A DNA stretch of 64,000 bases from a virus (Duplodnaviria > Caudoviricetes), in the IMG/VR virus record IMGVR_UViG_3300023283_000076, positions 32,001 through 96,000 of that record. The stretch is one strand, 5' to 3'. A program made the position numbers and the translations under genes. Numbering within the stretch: the stretch's first letter is position 1; each line of letters begins with the position of its first letter. The notes below the pieces were generated by a model. That model was not told where the DNA came from and did no database searches. It saw only the letters and a list, made by a program, of their open reading frames with translations. Positions 1 to 10,378 of the stretch are shown here, in pieces.

Positions 1-323
1 AAACATGCGTTGATATGATCCGTTGACATGTCTTTAATCGTCACAAATTTTAATGGTTGATCTCCATTAGGACCATATGTTCCCCATTTAACATGTTCAC
101 GAACTTTCCCATGAGGATCATCAATGGTTAACGACAATTCGTTATAATCAGGAGCATCAGGTGTCCATCCTCTACGAAGATAAGCTGTTCCACCATCCAC
201 CATATATTCATAACCATTTTGGTCAGTATATGCTACATAATCATGGCGATGACGAGACTCAAGAATGGTCCCATCAGGTGTTTGAATTGCATTGTATACA
301 ATATTTTTCAATATTCTCACCAT
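1..323 (-). CDS. Hypothetical phage protein, partial; paralog of 39082..39660
   Basis: Manual translation MVRILKNIVYNAIQTPDGTILESRHRHDY matches the right-arm ORF. Confidence 0.85.
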   Translation of the reverse strand, partial: MVRILKNIVYNAIQTPDGTILESRHRHDYVAYTDQNGYEYMVDGGTAYLRRGWTPDAPDYNELSLTIDDPHGKVREHVKWGTYGPNGDQPLKFVTIKDMSTDHINAC

Positions 324-344
324 TTATCTAAAATAAATATTTGA

Positions 345-625
345 GTGTGCTATCACGCCAAAGGGATGGTAATGGTAGGGTATGACTTTTACCAATCCTA
401 CTCATGACATGCCTCGGTCAATTCCAAGGTTCTTACTGTCCCAACTCGGTACCTCCCCCACCCAACTCCCTACACAACATGAAGATGATCGGTCTTCAGA
501 AGTTGTTTCGGTTTCAATGCGCTATTGATGGTACCGTTTACGCATTTACATTACGTCAGCAAGGGGCATCGGTCCCACTCTTTAAAGGATGGCTGCTTCT
601 AAGCCCACCTTCTCAAAATATTCTC
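345..625 (-). ncRNA. Candidate ~280 nt structured ncRNA, left arm only
   Basis: GC-rich, follows a sigma70-like promoter, several hairpins, no credible ORF on -. Confidence 0.45.
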
Positions 626-631
626 AATTAC

Positions 632-659
632 ATTATACAATGTTTCTCTGACTTGTCAA
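632..659 (-). promoter_or_regulatory. Sigma70-like promoter TTGACA-N16-TATAAT
   Basis: Reverse complement of attata(632-637)...tgtcaa(654-659). Confidence 0.7.
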
Positions 660-685
660 GACAATTTCCAGATTAAAATAATATA

Positions 686-1108
686 TCAAAAATTTATGAG
701 ATTGTCAACGAATTTCATACGAATTCCATAATAAATTAAAGCATTACGCCATTGTTGATTGATGAATTCTCTTCCATGCAACCACTCTGATACTGCCACA
801 AGAACATCCATCAAAGAATATAATTCAAAAACTTTATTATATCTTCCAAGCCCTTCCCAATGATTAGATGAAAAGTAATATTTGATATGCAGGTATGATT
901 TTGCTTCGGTATTCAAATCATATAGAATTGCATTATCCTCGTGATCCCATTGACATGTCACTGGTATACCGAAAGCATACATAATTTCATTAATAAAGGC
1001 AGTTATGTCATTTTCCATAGATTCAAGGGTTATTTGATGTAACTCTTTTTCGTTATATGGAAATTTGAAAATACGACTTACCATTTTTTTACTCATTTTT
1101 TTACTCAT
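686..1108 (-). CDS. Hypothetical protein; right-arm copy truncated (38613..38738)
   Basis: ORF track; N-terminus matches the right-arm remnant. Confidence 0.75.
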   Translation of the reverse strand: MSKKMSKKMVSRIFKFPYNEKELHQITLESMENDITAFINEIMYAFGIPVTCQWDHEDNAILYDLNTEAKSYLHIKYYFSSNHWEGLGRYNKVFELYSLMDVLVAVSEWLHGREFINQQWRNALIYYGIRMKFVDNLINF

Positions 1109-1487
1109 TTTTAATAAGTGTTAAATATAGTTTATTCTTCTATGAAAACTTTGTACCCAAGAACAGGCCATCCGTAACACATATCTACCATGTGAAAGAG
1201 TATATCCTATATCGGAAAAAGTGTCAAGCCCTTTCTTTATTAATATTTTCTAAAAATATTTTTATACTATCATTGTGTTTCTGTACGGCAGCAACACCAA
1301 TTCCAATAGAAATTATCCACCCCCAAGATCATCGGGGTTTTCCAAAATTGTAAAACATTCATGCTCCATTAAAAAAAGTTTAAGGTAAAGTAAGCGGAAT
1401 TGCCTACATGTTTATATTAACAAATACTTCAAGGTCTGTCACCTTAATATACATTGAGTATTATCAAATTGAACAAGTGTCTTTAAT

Positions 1488-1566
1488 TGGTGGGTCCGGT
1501 TGGATTTGAACCAACAGTCTCGATCCTTATGAGGGATGTGTTTTGACCTGATTAAACTACGGACCC
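1488..1566 (-). tRNA. tRNA with CAU anticodon (Ile2 or Met)
   Basis: GGGTCCG/CGGACCC acceptor, loop CTCATAA, T-loop TTCAAAT, encoded CCA; 27-43 mismatch. Confidence 0.85.
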
Positions 1567-1941
1567 CAAATTGGTGACCTAGTGTTTATAAGATTTCGTT
1601 TAATACTCAGACAACCAAATCCTTTCTTGTAAACTAGTACCGTGGTCCTAGACCGCTATCCATTTTCACGTATTTTTACGCTAGGTACATTTTTCGTTTA
1701 ATTTCAGTTTGTAGCAGACATTGGCGTTCCTTCTTTACAAACCTCTATTGAACTTATAATCATTCTACACCATTTAGAAACTTTGTCAAGATATTATTCT
1801 CGATTTTCATAATTACATTTTCTTAACATATATTAATTACTATCATACCAATACTTTTCTACTTTTCCCGAATTTTATTGAAGCATTTTTCTAATGGTTC
1901 TCGATTCATTACAGGAGAACCTTTGTTTCTGATAAAACCAT

Positions 1942-2367
1942 CTATGCTACTTCATTCTCTTCGTTTGAAAAAGAATCAATAAAATTCTTGAACTCTTCTA
2001 TTGAACCAGAGAAAAACAAATCTTCATATTCCCCATCAACTGTAATGATAGGATCACCATACCCCATACCTTTAATAGGATAATTAATGGTATAATTAAA
2101 TTCCTGACTATCCTCTGGGCCAGTTATATACAATCCACCAGCACCATACTTATTATCTGCAATGAACTGTGCAGCTAGACATCCAACACCATTAGCATAT
2201 CGTACTCCATCATTACCATTACAGGGAATACCATTTACCATAGTAATGCTATTCAAAAAATTAAAAATTTCTTTACCAACAACTTCCGGGTATCCATCAT
2301 ACTGCCTGTATATTGCTACTAGGGTTTCACCATCTTTTTGAAATTTTGTCAAGCTTCGTGTGCCCAT
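1942..2367 (-). CDS. Conserved phage hypothetical protein; paralog of 35988..36395
   Basis: MGTRSLT...YRQYDGYP motif, near-identical to the right-arm copy. Confidence 0.85.
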   Translation of the reverse strand: MGTRSLTKFQKDGETLVAIYRQYDGYPEVVGKEIFNFLNSITMVNGIPCNGNDGVRYANGVGCLAAQFIADNKYGAGGLYITGPEDSQEFNYTINYPIKGMGYGDPIITVDGEYEDLFFSGSIEEFKNFIDSFSNEENEVA

Positions 2368-2750
2368 CTAATCTCATCAGGCGCAGTAAGCCTGAGATCA
2401 GCAAGATTTACAACCGTCTGATCCAATTCTCTCCATTCTCTAGAATCGGACGGCTGAGGCATGGCAATCGTAGCCTCAAACATACGATGCTCGTTAGAGC
2501 CTTTAATGCCAGTATTGAGACGAGTTCTGAGAATACTATTGGCGACTTTCTTGTTAAAATTATCTTGATTCGAACAGATTGCGCGGGCCACACGAACATG
2601 GAGATTGCGGCCGGTTTCGTCAGGGTCTACTACATATCCATAACTGACACAATCACTACGATCATGAATAATATGAATTCGCTTTCCGTCGCGAGTTAGA
2701 CGTCTAGGATTTTCAATCTTGTTCATTTGTTCACTCCTTTGTATGTTCAA
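2349..2750 (-). CDS. Hypothetical protein; paralog of 35130..35519 (start probably MNKIENP)
   Basis: ORF track; paralog on the right arm. Confidence 0.8.
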   Translation of the reverse strand: MNIQRSEQMNKIENPRRLTRDGKRIHIIHDRSDCVSYGYVVDPDETGRNLHVRVARAICSNQDNFNKKVANSILRTRLNTGIKGSNEHRMFEATIAMPQPSDSREWRELDQTVVNLADLRLTAPDEIRWAHEA

Positions 2751-2778
2751 TAGATATTATCAAAATTAGTTACTGATG

Positions 2779-2891
2779 TCAAACTTTTTCAAACCATTGC
2801 AGTTCTAACCCATCCAATTTCTTAAGCTGGCCATCATTATAATATTCAATTTCATTATTGTCAATTAAGAATTTTCAGGTAATTCGGTCAT
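2779..2891 (-). pseudogene. Relic of the 21-aa repeat protein gene (C-terminus only)
   Basis: Encodes IEYYNDGQLKKLDGLELQWFEKV*, like the C-terminus of 17528..18655; flanked by a ~60 bp direct repeat. Confidence 0.6.
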
Positions 2892-2944
2892 TTGATCGTT
2901 CCTTTTGTGTGTTCAGCAGATATTATCAAAATTAGTTACTGATG

Positions 2945-3220
2945 TCAATTACTATCCACCACTTCTCTTATGTTAAATAACATACGGTAAAACATGATAG
3001 CTGTAATAAATCCGGTTGCAGTTAGTTTTACATATTCTTCTCCTAGATAAAAATTAACACCCAAACCGATGCCTATCAGAAACAATACATAGAAATATAT
3101 TACTAAAGCCCCGCTGGATGCGGTTTTTTCAAATGCCGCCGATACAACATACAACAAGAACCCTAGCACCGACATTCCTATTATTGCTATAATGCTATGC
3201 TGTCCGATGAATTCTATCAT
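2945..3220 (-). CDS. Small membrane protein; paralog of 34803..35078
   Basis: Hydrophobic segments; AFEK..S...L.IYF shared. Confidence 0.7.
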   Translation of the reverse strand: MIEFIGQHSIIAIIGMSVLGFLLYVVSAAFEKTASSGALVIYFYVLFLIGIGLGVNFYLGEEYVKLTATGFITAIMFYRMLFNIREVVDSN

Positions 3221-3815
3221 AACGATCCTTTACCATTCTGTATATCATTTTATGAATACCCGGATTCACTTTCAATACCTCCGGGACGATGCTGTGTCGT
3301 ATTTGATTACGCATATAATTACAATCATTATTCGATGGATCATTAATATATTCTACCTCATGTGTATTAGCATAGTCAACGATTGCTTGCTTTTTAGTTA
3401 ACAAAAATGGCCGAATCACATTTGCTCGGTTATATTGAATTGTTTTAGGCTTTCCGTTAAATGTAGAAAATAACCATGTTTCCAAACAATCATCTAAATG
3501 ATGAGCAGTAACAATCGGAATATTGAAGCTTTCCAAAAATGTATAACGTAAATTTCTCCATGTCTCTTCTTTATTATTCGATACATGAAAATCATATTTA
3601 CCATCTACATTTGTACAAAACTCTAATCCTCTATACATAGATTGTTCTTTTACGAATTCTAATGCATAGGGAGAATGTTCAGTACCATGATTCACATGCA
3701 CCACAATAATATCTCTTTTTCCCTTGAGCAAGAAATCTAGAGCAACCATAGAATCGATTCCACCTGATACAGCCACTCCAATTTTCTGAGGAACTTTCCC
3801 AAGTAAGTTAATCAT
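3195..3815 (-). CDS. tilS: tRNA(Ile)-lysidine synthetase, PP-loop domain only
   Basis: SGGIDS PP-loop, HVNHG, TAHHLDD, RPFL, DPSN, RNQIRH motifs. Confidence 0.9.
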   Translation of the reverse strand: MINLLGKVPQKIGVAVSGGIDSMVALDFLLKGKRDIIVVHVNHGTEHSPYALEFVKEQSMYRGLEFCTNVDGKYDFHVSNNKEETWRNLRYTFLESFNIPIVTAHHLDDCLETWLFSTFNGKPKTIQYNRANVIRPFLLTKKQAIVDYANTHEVEYINDPSNNDCNYMRNQIRHSIVPEVLKVNPGIHKMIYRMVKDRYDRIHRTA

Positions 3816-4087
3816 CCGAAAATTTTAAACATAATTTCCATAAACGAAAACATAATAATGATTGCATTCATGAGCCCTACGATAATTGCAAGGGAAATAA
3901 ATATAAATGATACTATCATATATGATGGCAATAATATTAATGTAAATATACCAGTATAATCCATAATCAACTCTGGTATCGTACTAATCGCTATTTTCAA
4001 TATCGAAGGTATTACAAAAATTAACCCAAATACCAATACGAAGGGTGAATACGGATTATTTGCTATATCGTATATTAGTTGTACCAT
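3812..4087 (-). CDS. Small membrane protein; syntenic with 33936..34211
   Basis: Hydrophobic ORF overlapping the tilS start. Confidence 0.65.
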   Translation of the reverse strand: MVQLIYDIANNPYSPFVLVFGLIFVIPSILKIAISTIPELIMDYTGIFTLILLPSYMIVSFIFISLAIIVGLMNAIIIMFSFMEIMFKIFG

Positions 4088-4105
4088 AATCGTATAATAT
4101 CATTG

Positions 4106-4366
4106 TCAATTATTTCTAATAGAATGTTCGGCGATCCACTCTACAAGAGTTTCAAGTTCCACCAAATCATTGGATGTACCAAACAACATGTTACCGGATG
4201 CAGACGTAATTTCATGAATATTACCGTTCTGGCCAATAAAAGTCAACGCCTGAGATAATTCAGAAACACCATCGTTATATTTGATAATGCTAGTAGTTAG
4301 CATACCCAGTTTACCTATCTGAGTTGTCTTCTTCTCAATGCTATAATCCATTTTTTTTGCTTTCAT
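4106..4366 (-). CDS. Hypothetical protein; paralog of 33619..33876
   Basis: Shared Q.GKLG.LTT.I..YNDG.SEL.Q.LTF. Confidence 0.8.
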   Translation of the reverse strand: MKAKKMDYSIEKKTTQIGKLGMLTTSIIKYNDGVSELSQALTFIGQNGNIHEITSASGNMLFGTSNDLVELETLVEWIAEHSIRNN

Positions 4367-4404
4367 AGTGTGAACTCCTTTGTGGTGATGTATTATATCA
4401 GAGA

Positions 4405-4923
4405 TTATGCTTTTTTAAAATATTCTCTGAATTCAATAATATGATCTTGAGGCACTTGTTTAATTTTATACAGTCCCATGGGACCAGTGATATCTTTTTT
4501 TAAAATCTTCATAATATTATATGCGTATACCCCGGTCCACAATGGCCCATGTCCGGGATCCTTTATTTTATTTCCATTATAATGGAACTGCTTAGCACAT
4601 TCTACTATACCATGTGAAATCTCATGAATGATAGTCGAAGGGTAAATATGCTTGGCCGAAACATTTATTGCAGCACATTTATGGCTTATTGACCAAGCTT
4701 CACCTAGATTATCCCATTCATATTCTGGAAATATAGGTGTAATATATATACCCCAATGTTGTTCGAGACATCTTATTATACATAACGCCTCAGAAACATT
4801 GATGGTTTTCTCTTTATTAAACCAGCCTCCTTCGAAATTATTGACTTTAGCTACTTGCCAATCTTTGTTTGCTTTCAAATGTTTTAATGGAGCATTAAAT
4901 GCTGCAACCAAATTTTTATGCAT
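4405..4923 (-). CDS. Putative HExxH zinc-dependent protein; paralog of 33060..33578
   Basis: IIHEISHG plus DPGHG..W motif. Confidence 0.7.
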   Translation of the reverse strand: MHKNLVAAFNAPLKHLKANKDWQVAKVNNFEGGWFNKEKTINVSEALCIIRCLEQHWGIYITPIFPEYEWDNLGEAWSISHKCAAINVSAKHIYPSTIIHEISHGIVECAKQFHYNGNKIKDPGHGPLWTGVYAYNIMKILKKDITGPMGLYKIKQVPQDHIIEFREYFKKA

Positions 4924-5103
4924 ATTCTATCATATGTATTCTAACTTGTACAATACTATGATAATACCAATTTGTCAAGTTTTTACATTTGCACTTCTTC
5001 TTCAAAAAGAATCTGGTTGCATCTCTGGCAAGACACCCTGCAAATATCTCCATCATACGTTGCAATTAATTGACTATAAACATTGTTGCTATGGCCAAAC
5101 AAT

Positions 5104-5568
5104 TTACAAATTATCTTGGAAAACATTCAAAATATCCTCATTAGGCTCCTCTGCTTTGGTACTATTAATTTTTTGTTTAATTTCTTTATCAGTCAAATTA
5201 AATATATGTCTAATCAATTGGTTCCGAACATCGCCGGGTGTAATATTTTCATTTGTGTCTATATTAAACATGAAATCCACGTTAGACATATTAATTCCTT
5301 TAGGATTTTTTTTTCAATTGGACTTCTGAGATCTGAGATCTGAGATTCTGTTATTACGCTGAATAAACATTTCCTCAAAAGTTCTCGTGTCAGAAAAAAT
5401 AGTTCTCCAGAGTGCATTATATTCAGGACCTAGGCGTTTAACCATTCTTTGGAGAATGTCCATGTAATTGTATATATTATAATTCAATTCAGCATCTGTG
5501 AAAGATACTTGTTTAAGATATTTCATTTTAAAATCTCGTCTATTCATTATGGGGTAATCATACCACAA
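5104..5568 (-). pseudogene. Split copy of 32551..33009 (in-frame TGA between two same-frame ORFs)
   Basis: 5314..5568 and 5104..5289 together match the single right-arm ORF; (TCTGAGA)x3 and T9 tracts at the break. Confidence 0.75.
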
Positions 5569-5594
5569 CTCTTTAATGATGTCAAATGATGAAA

Positions 5595-5668
5595 TGGTGT
5601 CTCCTGACGGTTACGATCCGCCTACTACAACTTGTAAGGATGCCATGATTCCATTTCACCAAGGAGAC
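5595..5668 (-). tRNA. tRNA-Val(UAC)
   Basis: GTCTCCT/AGGAGAC acceptor, loop CTTACAA, atypical T-loop ATCGTAA, CCA. Confidence 0.8.
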
Positions 5669-5690
5669 CGTTACAAGCGAATTTCTAATC

Positions 5691-5768
5691 TGGTGCCGAT
5701 GGAGAGATTCGAACTCCCGCGCTTTCGCTTACAAGGCGACTGCTCTGGCCAAACTGAGCTACATCGGC
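5691..5768 (-). tRNA. tRNA-Thr(UGU)
   Basis: GCCGATG/CATCGGC acceptor, loop CTTGTAA, TTCGAAT, CCA. Confidence 0.93.
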
Positions 5769-5940
5769 ATATCCCTTATTTATTAACTCTGTATATCTTT
5801 GTCTTCTAGACGGTTTATGACCATAGCACGAGTATGTTCGCATATACCGTGTTTGATACTCGACCAACTAACAACATTAACCACTCTAGGTAGCATATTT
5901 GTTAAGTGTGTATAAAGAATACTACAGTTTTACCGATTTG

Positions 5941-6108
5941 TCAATCATCCCAATCTGTTTCATAACGTCGATTATACTCTTCTTCAATTTCATATTCTAA
6001 CTCTTCAATCTTATCTTCTAATTCTTCAATAGATTCTTCGTCGTTATCTCTACGTGCATTAGCTAACTGCTTAGTTAATTCGACAAGACGTTGTTCAAGT
6101 TTGTTCAT
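5941..6108 (-). CDS. Small acidic coiled-coil protein; paralog of 32004..32171
   Basis: MNKLEQRL...RRYETDWDD, near-identical in both arms. Confidence 0.8.
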   Translation of the reverse strand: MNKLEQRLVELTKQLANARRDNDEESIEELEDKIEELEYEIEEEYNRRYETDWDD

Positions 6109-6151
6109 AATGCTATTTAATAATTCCTTATTGTTAAATATGTCAAAAAAT

Positions 6152-6198
6152 GGACAGTATGGTATAAGCCAAAAGAAGGCATACACTACATACTGTCC
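6152..6198 (-). other. Conserved hairpin downstream of rIIB
   Basis: GGACAGTATG/CATACTGTCC stem; compensatory change in the right-arm copy 31901-31959. Confidence 0.7.
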
Positions 6199-6213
6199 AC
6201 TGTTTTGGTTACC

Positions 6214-7218
6214 TTACTTAACCCAAGCCCATGTATCACCGTTGCGAATCTTACGAATTGTAGCTTCATCTACATTATACACATCTGCAATTCGTACAAT
6301 CGGCCATATACCCTCTGCCAGCAACTGTCTAATCCCCCTAACCTTATGTTCGTTCAGTTTACTTCGAGTTACACGAGAGTTTGGGGTTTCAACGTTGGGC
6401 TTTGGTTCACCCTCTGCGCCCTCCAAGTCTGTAAATTGATCGTCATCATCCAAATCACCATCAACATCACCATATTCGTCAGTATAAAACGAAGGTGTCA
6501 GCGTTTCATCGTTATAGAACTGATCTGAAATATCATCTACAACTTCATAAGCGCAAACACGCATCTTGGCATTATTATAATCTTTGGGAACCGCTACTAC
6601 ATCCTTTGGATGAACCTTGACAAGGAGAACTTTGTTCCCCGGTCCACTACCGAAACAAGGAAGATAACTACGGGAACATACATGCAATCCATAGGAACAG
6701 GTACGTTCAGAATCTTCGTCTACCTTGTTACGTGGAATTTCAACCTTAGTTCCTACTACATTACTAATAGTACCGCTATGAATATCGGTAAAGTCATTAC
6801 GAACTTTCTTGTATGCAAGGAAATGTCCATCGTTAGTAAAAGGCAAATCACATGCTTCCAAAAATTGCCTATACAATTCATTAACAACACGATAACTGTT
6901 GTCCATTAGATTATCCATGACCCGAAGCAACGGCTTGTAGGGATACCCATTAGCCCACAGAAAATGCAATCTATTAACAATTACATTATAGATTTCATCA
7001 CCATTGAAATACAGATTGTAACCATCAAAAGTAATACGTCCAGCGGATTCACTTTCAATGTTTGCCTTTGCATTCAGCAAACGGTCAAGACTATATTCAT
7101 CACCATTAGTGATCGCATCCATCACTGCATCAAACTGATCGGTTGAACGCGGAATTGTGTGAGCCTTACCATTCAAAACTACACACAAATTTTGTTCCGT
7201 CAAATTCCAAGCTAACAT
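6214..7218 (-). CDS. rIIB: RIIB-like lysis inhibition protein with C-terminal HTH
   Basis: YKKVR.DF.DIHSG, D...TCSYGLHVCS, KVHPKDVVAVP.DY...KMRVC.YEV; adjacent to rIIA. Confidence 0.88.
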   Translation of the reverse strand: MLAWNLTEQNLCVVLNGKAHTIPRSTDQFDAVMDAITNGDEYSLDRLLNAKANIESESAGRITFDGYNLYFNGDEIYNVIVNRLHFLWANGYPYKPLLRVMDNLMDNSYRVVNELYRQFLEACDLPFTNDGHFLAYKKVRNDFTDIHSGTISNVVGTKVEIPRNKVDEDSERTCSYGLHVCSRSYLPCFGSGPGNKVLLVKVHPKDVVAVPKDYNNAKMRVCAYEVVDDISDQFYNDETLTPSFYTDEYGDVDGDLDDDDQFTDLEGAEGEPKPNVETPNSRVTRSKLNEHKVRGIRQLLAEGIWPIVRIADVYNVDEATIRKIRNGDTWAWVK

Positions 7219-7277
7219 TTTATAAATCTCCTATTTATTTAACGAGTATATAGTATAACCTATAATTTAAGGAATTG

Positions 7278-9731
7278 TCAAGCAATTTCATCAATAATTT
7301 CCTTTGCAATCCTGACCGGATCAATCAGAATAGTATCAGAATTGAAACAATCAATAATTTTGCAATGATTCCCAATTCTACCTTCAACAAACAGATTTAG
7401 AAAAGTCTTTCTATTAGCTGGATTCTTGAGCATTTTTACAATTATCTTATGATTCTCCACCATAGAAAGAATAGGGATATTCAAACCCTTTAATTCCTTT
7501 TCAAGCTGTTCCATTGAAGTGGCAGAATTTAGGATGTTTTGAACATTCTGTTGAAGATTCAAAACATCATGCGTACCCAAATATGCCATTACATTCTTAA
7601 ACCTTTCCGGGTGCATCGAGCCTAGAAAATTTGACTTTTCTTTACCTGAATTATTTTTTTCATATTCAGCTTTCGATACAAAAACATCATCCAACCCAAC
7701 CAGTGTAATGTCCCGTTCAATCTTGATACTTTCAAGAATGTTAAACATCATTCTGTTCATGTTGAAGTGCATATGTATTCTATTTTCATACGCTTCAACA
7801 ATAGCATCATTAATACTGCTTCGGGCGGTCTTAATGATTTCATCCTTGTGAGTTTCAAAGTAATCCTTAACAGATACAAAATTGTTTGGATTCTTTTTCA
7901 ATGCACGTTTCATATCTTTTTCTGAAATACCGATACATGCATAATCATCAGACTTTTTAATTGCAACATAATTAAATATCAAATGTAGAATTTCAAATGG
8001 CAATCCAGTATCACCAATCTTATTGTTGTACGTATTGAAACATACAAGAGTCTTACCATTATAATCTTCGACGGTTTCTTCAAATTCTTGATCGCAACCG
8101 TAACTATACAATGTATTACTACTATTATTAAAAATTTGACTGTTCAGCCAGAACCAAGAACGCCTCTTACCACCAGTAATACTATGACCAGTAGACTTGG
8201 TATTACGTGACGGCATAGGAAGGCTAGATATTTTTGTAATATCTCCCGCAGCACCATCTAGAAACTTAATGAAGCTATTATACTTATCCTTCGGCAAATC
8301 AATAATTACAAATTTTCTACCAGACTCGACATCATTGAACGTTCTTGTAACATACGCATAATTTTCATCCTTGTAATAAACAGGATTATTCCCGAGAATG
8401 CGATTCAACACATTAAACGCAAATGGGGAATTTTCATAGTCAGGAGTGCCATTGGCCCTATTTGAATTAGACCATGAATAGTGTGATTCTTTCTTAGGCT
8501 TACCATTGATACAAGAATAATCAGATACTTCCAATTCCTTAAATTTTCTAGGAAGTTTCAAATTTAACAAATTGTTCCTATTAATATAAAACGGATTGTA
8601 CTTTTGATTGAATCGTTCCCTCGGCAGAAGCGATACCATGAACTCCGGCAAATCATTATACAAATTGTAAAACTCACCTTTTGAAGTAGCAAAAGCATCA
8701 TCGAGTTTATGCTTGATAGAACCAAACATTTTATTCCTAACATTATCTAGTGCAACGCAAATATTATGCATCGTTTCTTGAGTGTACGAGATACCTTCAC
8801 GACTGGCCGTAACTTCTACGGTACCAATAGGCATATCCATATATGCACCATAAATATTAAACCTACCGCATGTTCTACGGTTGAACGATTCAAGAAACTG
8901 AATGAAACGCTCGCCCTCATGTTGTGGGTTTCGAGCATAATATGGCAGATTCTTAGAACTTCCGGTTTTACTAATATGAGTAGTGTAATAGTCACGTATT
9001 AAATCAAAGTCTACTGGATATGCTACCGGACCCTGCTTGATAAAGAATCCATGCATAACATCATCATTTGATTGAAAGTACACGAACTCATCAATCTTAG
9101 CAATTTCCTTTTCAATCGTCGGCCATTCTACGTTAGCTTCCGGCTTTACCGGAAAGAAACGAAGCTGCTTTACCAAAGAATTTTTAAATTCATGGAAATC
9201 CTTTGGATCAATAGTTACTGTTACTTCAAGACCGTTAGGTTCATCAGTTTCTTCACCTTCATTGAACATGCTAATCTGTGGTAATCCCTCTTCAAGATAA
9301 GCATTATATACACGCTTCACACCCTTATGAATAGAAGTCACCATGAATGAATCAGTGTATGAAAACGGAGTCTTAGAACCGAGACCGAATGCGCCTACAG
9401 CATCATTGGCCTGATCCTTAGTAGAACCAAAGTACGTGGTATAGATACCTTCAACATCCTCATGGCTTAACCCCGGACCAAAATCACGAACCGAAAAGGT
9501 AGGATCAAAAGCATCCGGAAGCTTAACCTTAAAAGGCTTTTCAGGACACCCGGCTTCAACGTGAGCATCAAAAGCATTGCAGCTAATCTCACGAATGATA
9601 GAACCAATCTTATCCTTATAAAGAGTATCAGACAAGACACGAGCCACCTTAGCGTTCATATCCATCTTGAATTTTGCAACTTCTTTAAATCCTACGCCTG
9701 TAGCCTTATGGGTACTGATATTGAGCTTCAC
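7278..9731 (-). CDS. rIIA: RIIA-like protein (GHKL/Hsp90-like ATPase N-domain)
   Basis: IREISCNAFDAH, VRDFGPGLS, GAFGLGSKTPFSY, SREG.SY. Confidence 0.9.
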   Translation of the reverse strand: MKLNISTHKATGVGFKEVAKFKMDMNAKVARVLSDTLYKDKIGSIIREISCNAFDAHVEAGCPEKPFKVKLPDAFDPTFSVRDFGPGLSHEDVEGIYTTYFGSTKDQANDAVGAFGLGSKTPFSYTDSFMVTSIHKGVKRVYNAYLEEGLPQISMFNEGEETDEPNGLEVTVTIDPKDFHEFKNSLVKQLRFFPVKPEANVEWPTIEKEIAKIDEFVYFQSNDDVMHGFFIKQGPVAYPVDFDLIRDYYTTHISKTGSSKNLPYYARNPQHEGERFIQFLESFNRRTCGRFNIYGAYMDMPIGTVEVTASREGISYTQETMHNICVALDNVRNKMFGSIKHKLDDAFATSKGEFYNLYNDLPEFMVSLLPRERFNQKYNPFYINRNNLLNLKLPRKFKELEVSDYSCINGKPKKESHYSWSNSNRANGTPDYENSPFAFNVLNRILGNNPVYYKDENYAYVTRTFNDVESGRKFVIIDLPKDKYNSFIKFLDGAAGDITKISSLPMPSRNTKSTGHSITGGKRRSWFWLNSQIFNNSSNTLYSYGCDQEFEETVEDYNGKTLVCFNTYNNKIGDTGLPFEILHLIFNYVAIKKSDDYACIGISEKDMKRALKKNPNNFVSVKDYFETHKDEIIKTARSSINDAIVEAYENRIHMHFNMNRMMFNILESIKIERDITLVGLDDVFVSKAEYEKNNSGKEKSNFLGSMHPERFKNVMAYLGTHDVLNLQQNVQNILNSATSMEQLEKELKGLNIPILSMVENHKIIVKMLKNPANRKTFLNLFVEGRIGNHCKIIDCFNSDTILIDPVRIAKEIIDEIA

Positions 9732-9850
9732 TTGTTAAATCTCCTATGTTTGTTAAGTGAACAGTCTACCAAAAAATTTAGTGATTTGCAATAGAAATTT
9801 TTAATTCATTTCCTTATTCACGAACCGCCATCGTACCATGGAACCCCATT

Positions 9851-10213
9851 CTAGTCAAGAGTCAACCCATGCCAATACTTAACACTAAGATTACGGGTAC
9901 TTTTTATTTTGTTATTCTTATCTACATACACATTTTTATAGTTTATTTCATCTAATTGTGCCTTTAATTTATTCAATGATTTTCCTGAAACAATATTGAT
10001 ATATGGATTAACGATATCGACAGACACATAAAAATTTTCTTTTGTGTCATAGCGTGCATATTCCAAACTCGCACAATCTCCATTTGATGACCGTGGATGG
10101 TATAACAAAACCATTCCGCTATCCTCATCTTCAATAAGCATAATGGCCTCTATTATTTCACCGATGTCACGTACTCCGAATTCACTAGTGACCTTATATT
10201 TAACAATATTCAT
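9851..10213 (-). CDS. Hypothetical protein; paralog of 27415..27759
   Basis: Shared LLYHPR.SNGDCASLEYA.YD. Confidence 0.8.
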   Translation of the reverse strand: MNIVKYKVTSEFGVRDIGEIIEAIMLIEDEDSGMVLLYHPRSSNGDCASLEYARYDTKENFYVSVDIVNPYINIVSGKSLNKLKAQLDEINYKNVYVDKNNKIKSTRNLSVKYWHGLTLD

Positions 10214-10378
10214 TGTTCAACACCTACTTCCATTGTTTCCAAAATGACATCCCCGAAACTTGGAGACACTGTTATTTCTTCATAGTAGCTATCAAAACGA
10301 TTCAATGTGTAACCACCAGTAGAAAACATATCGAGATCCTCTTTAACCATATATTTGATATTACTCAAAATATCATGT

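Noticed and set aside
404-676. + strand 90-aa ORF
   Set aside because: Opposite to the local transcription direction; a - strand promoter and RNA folding explain the region better
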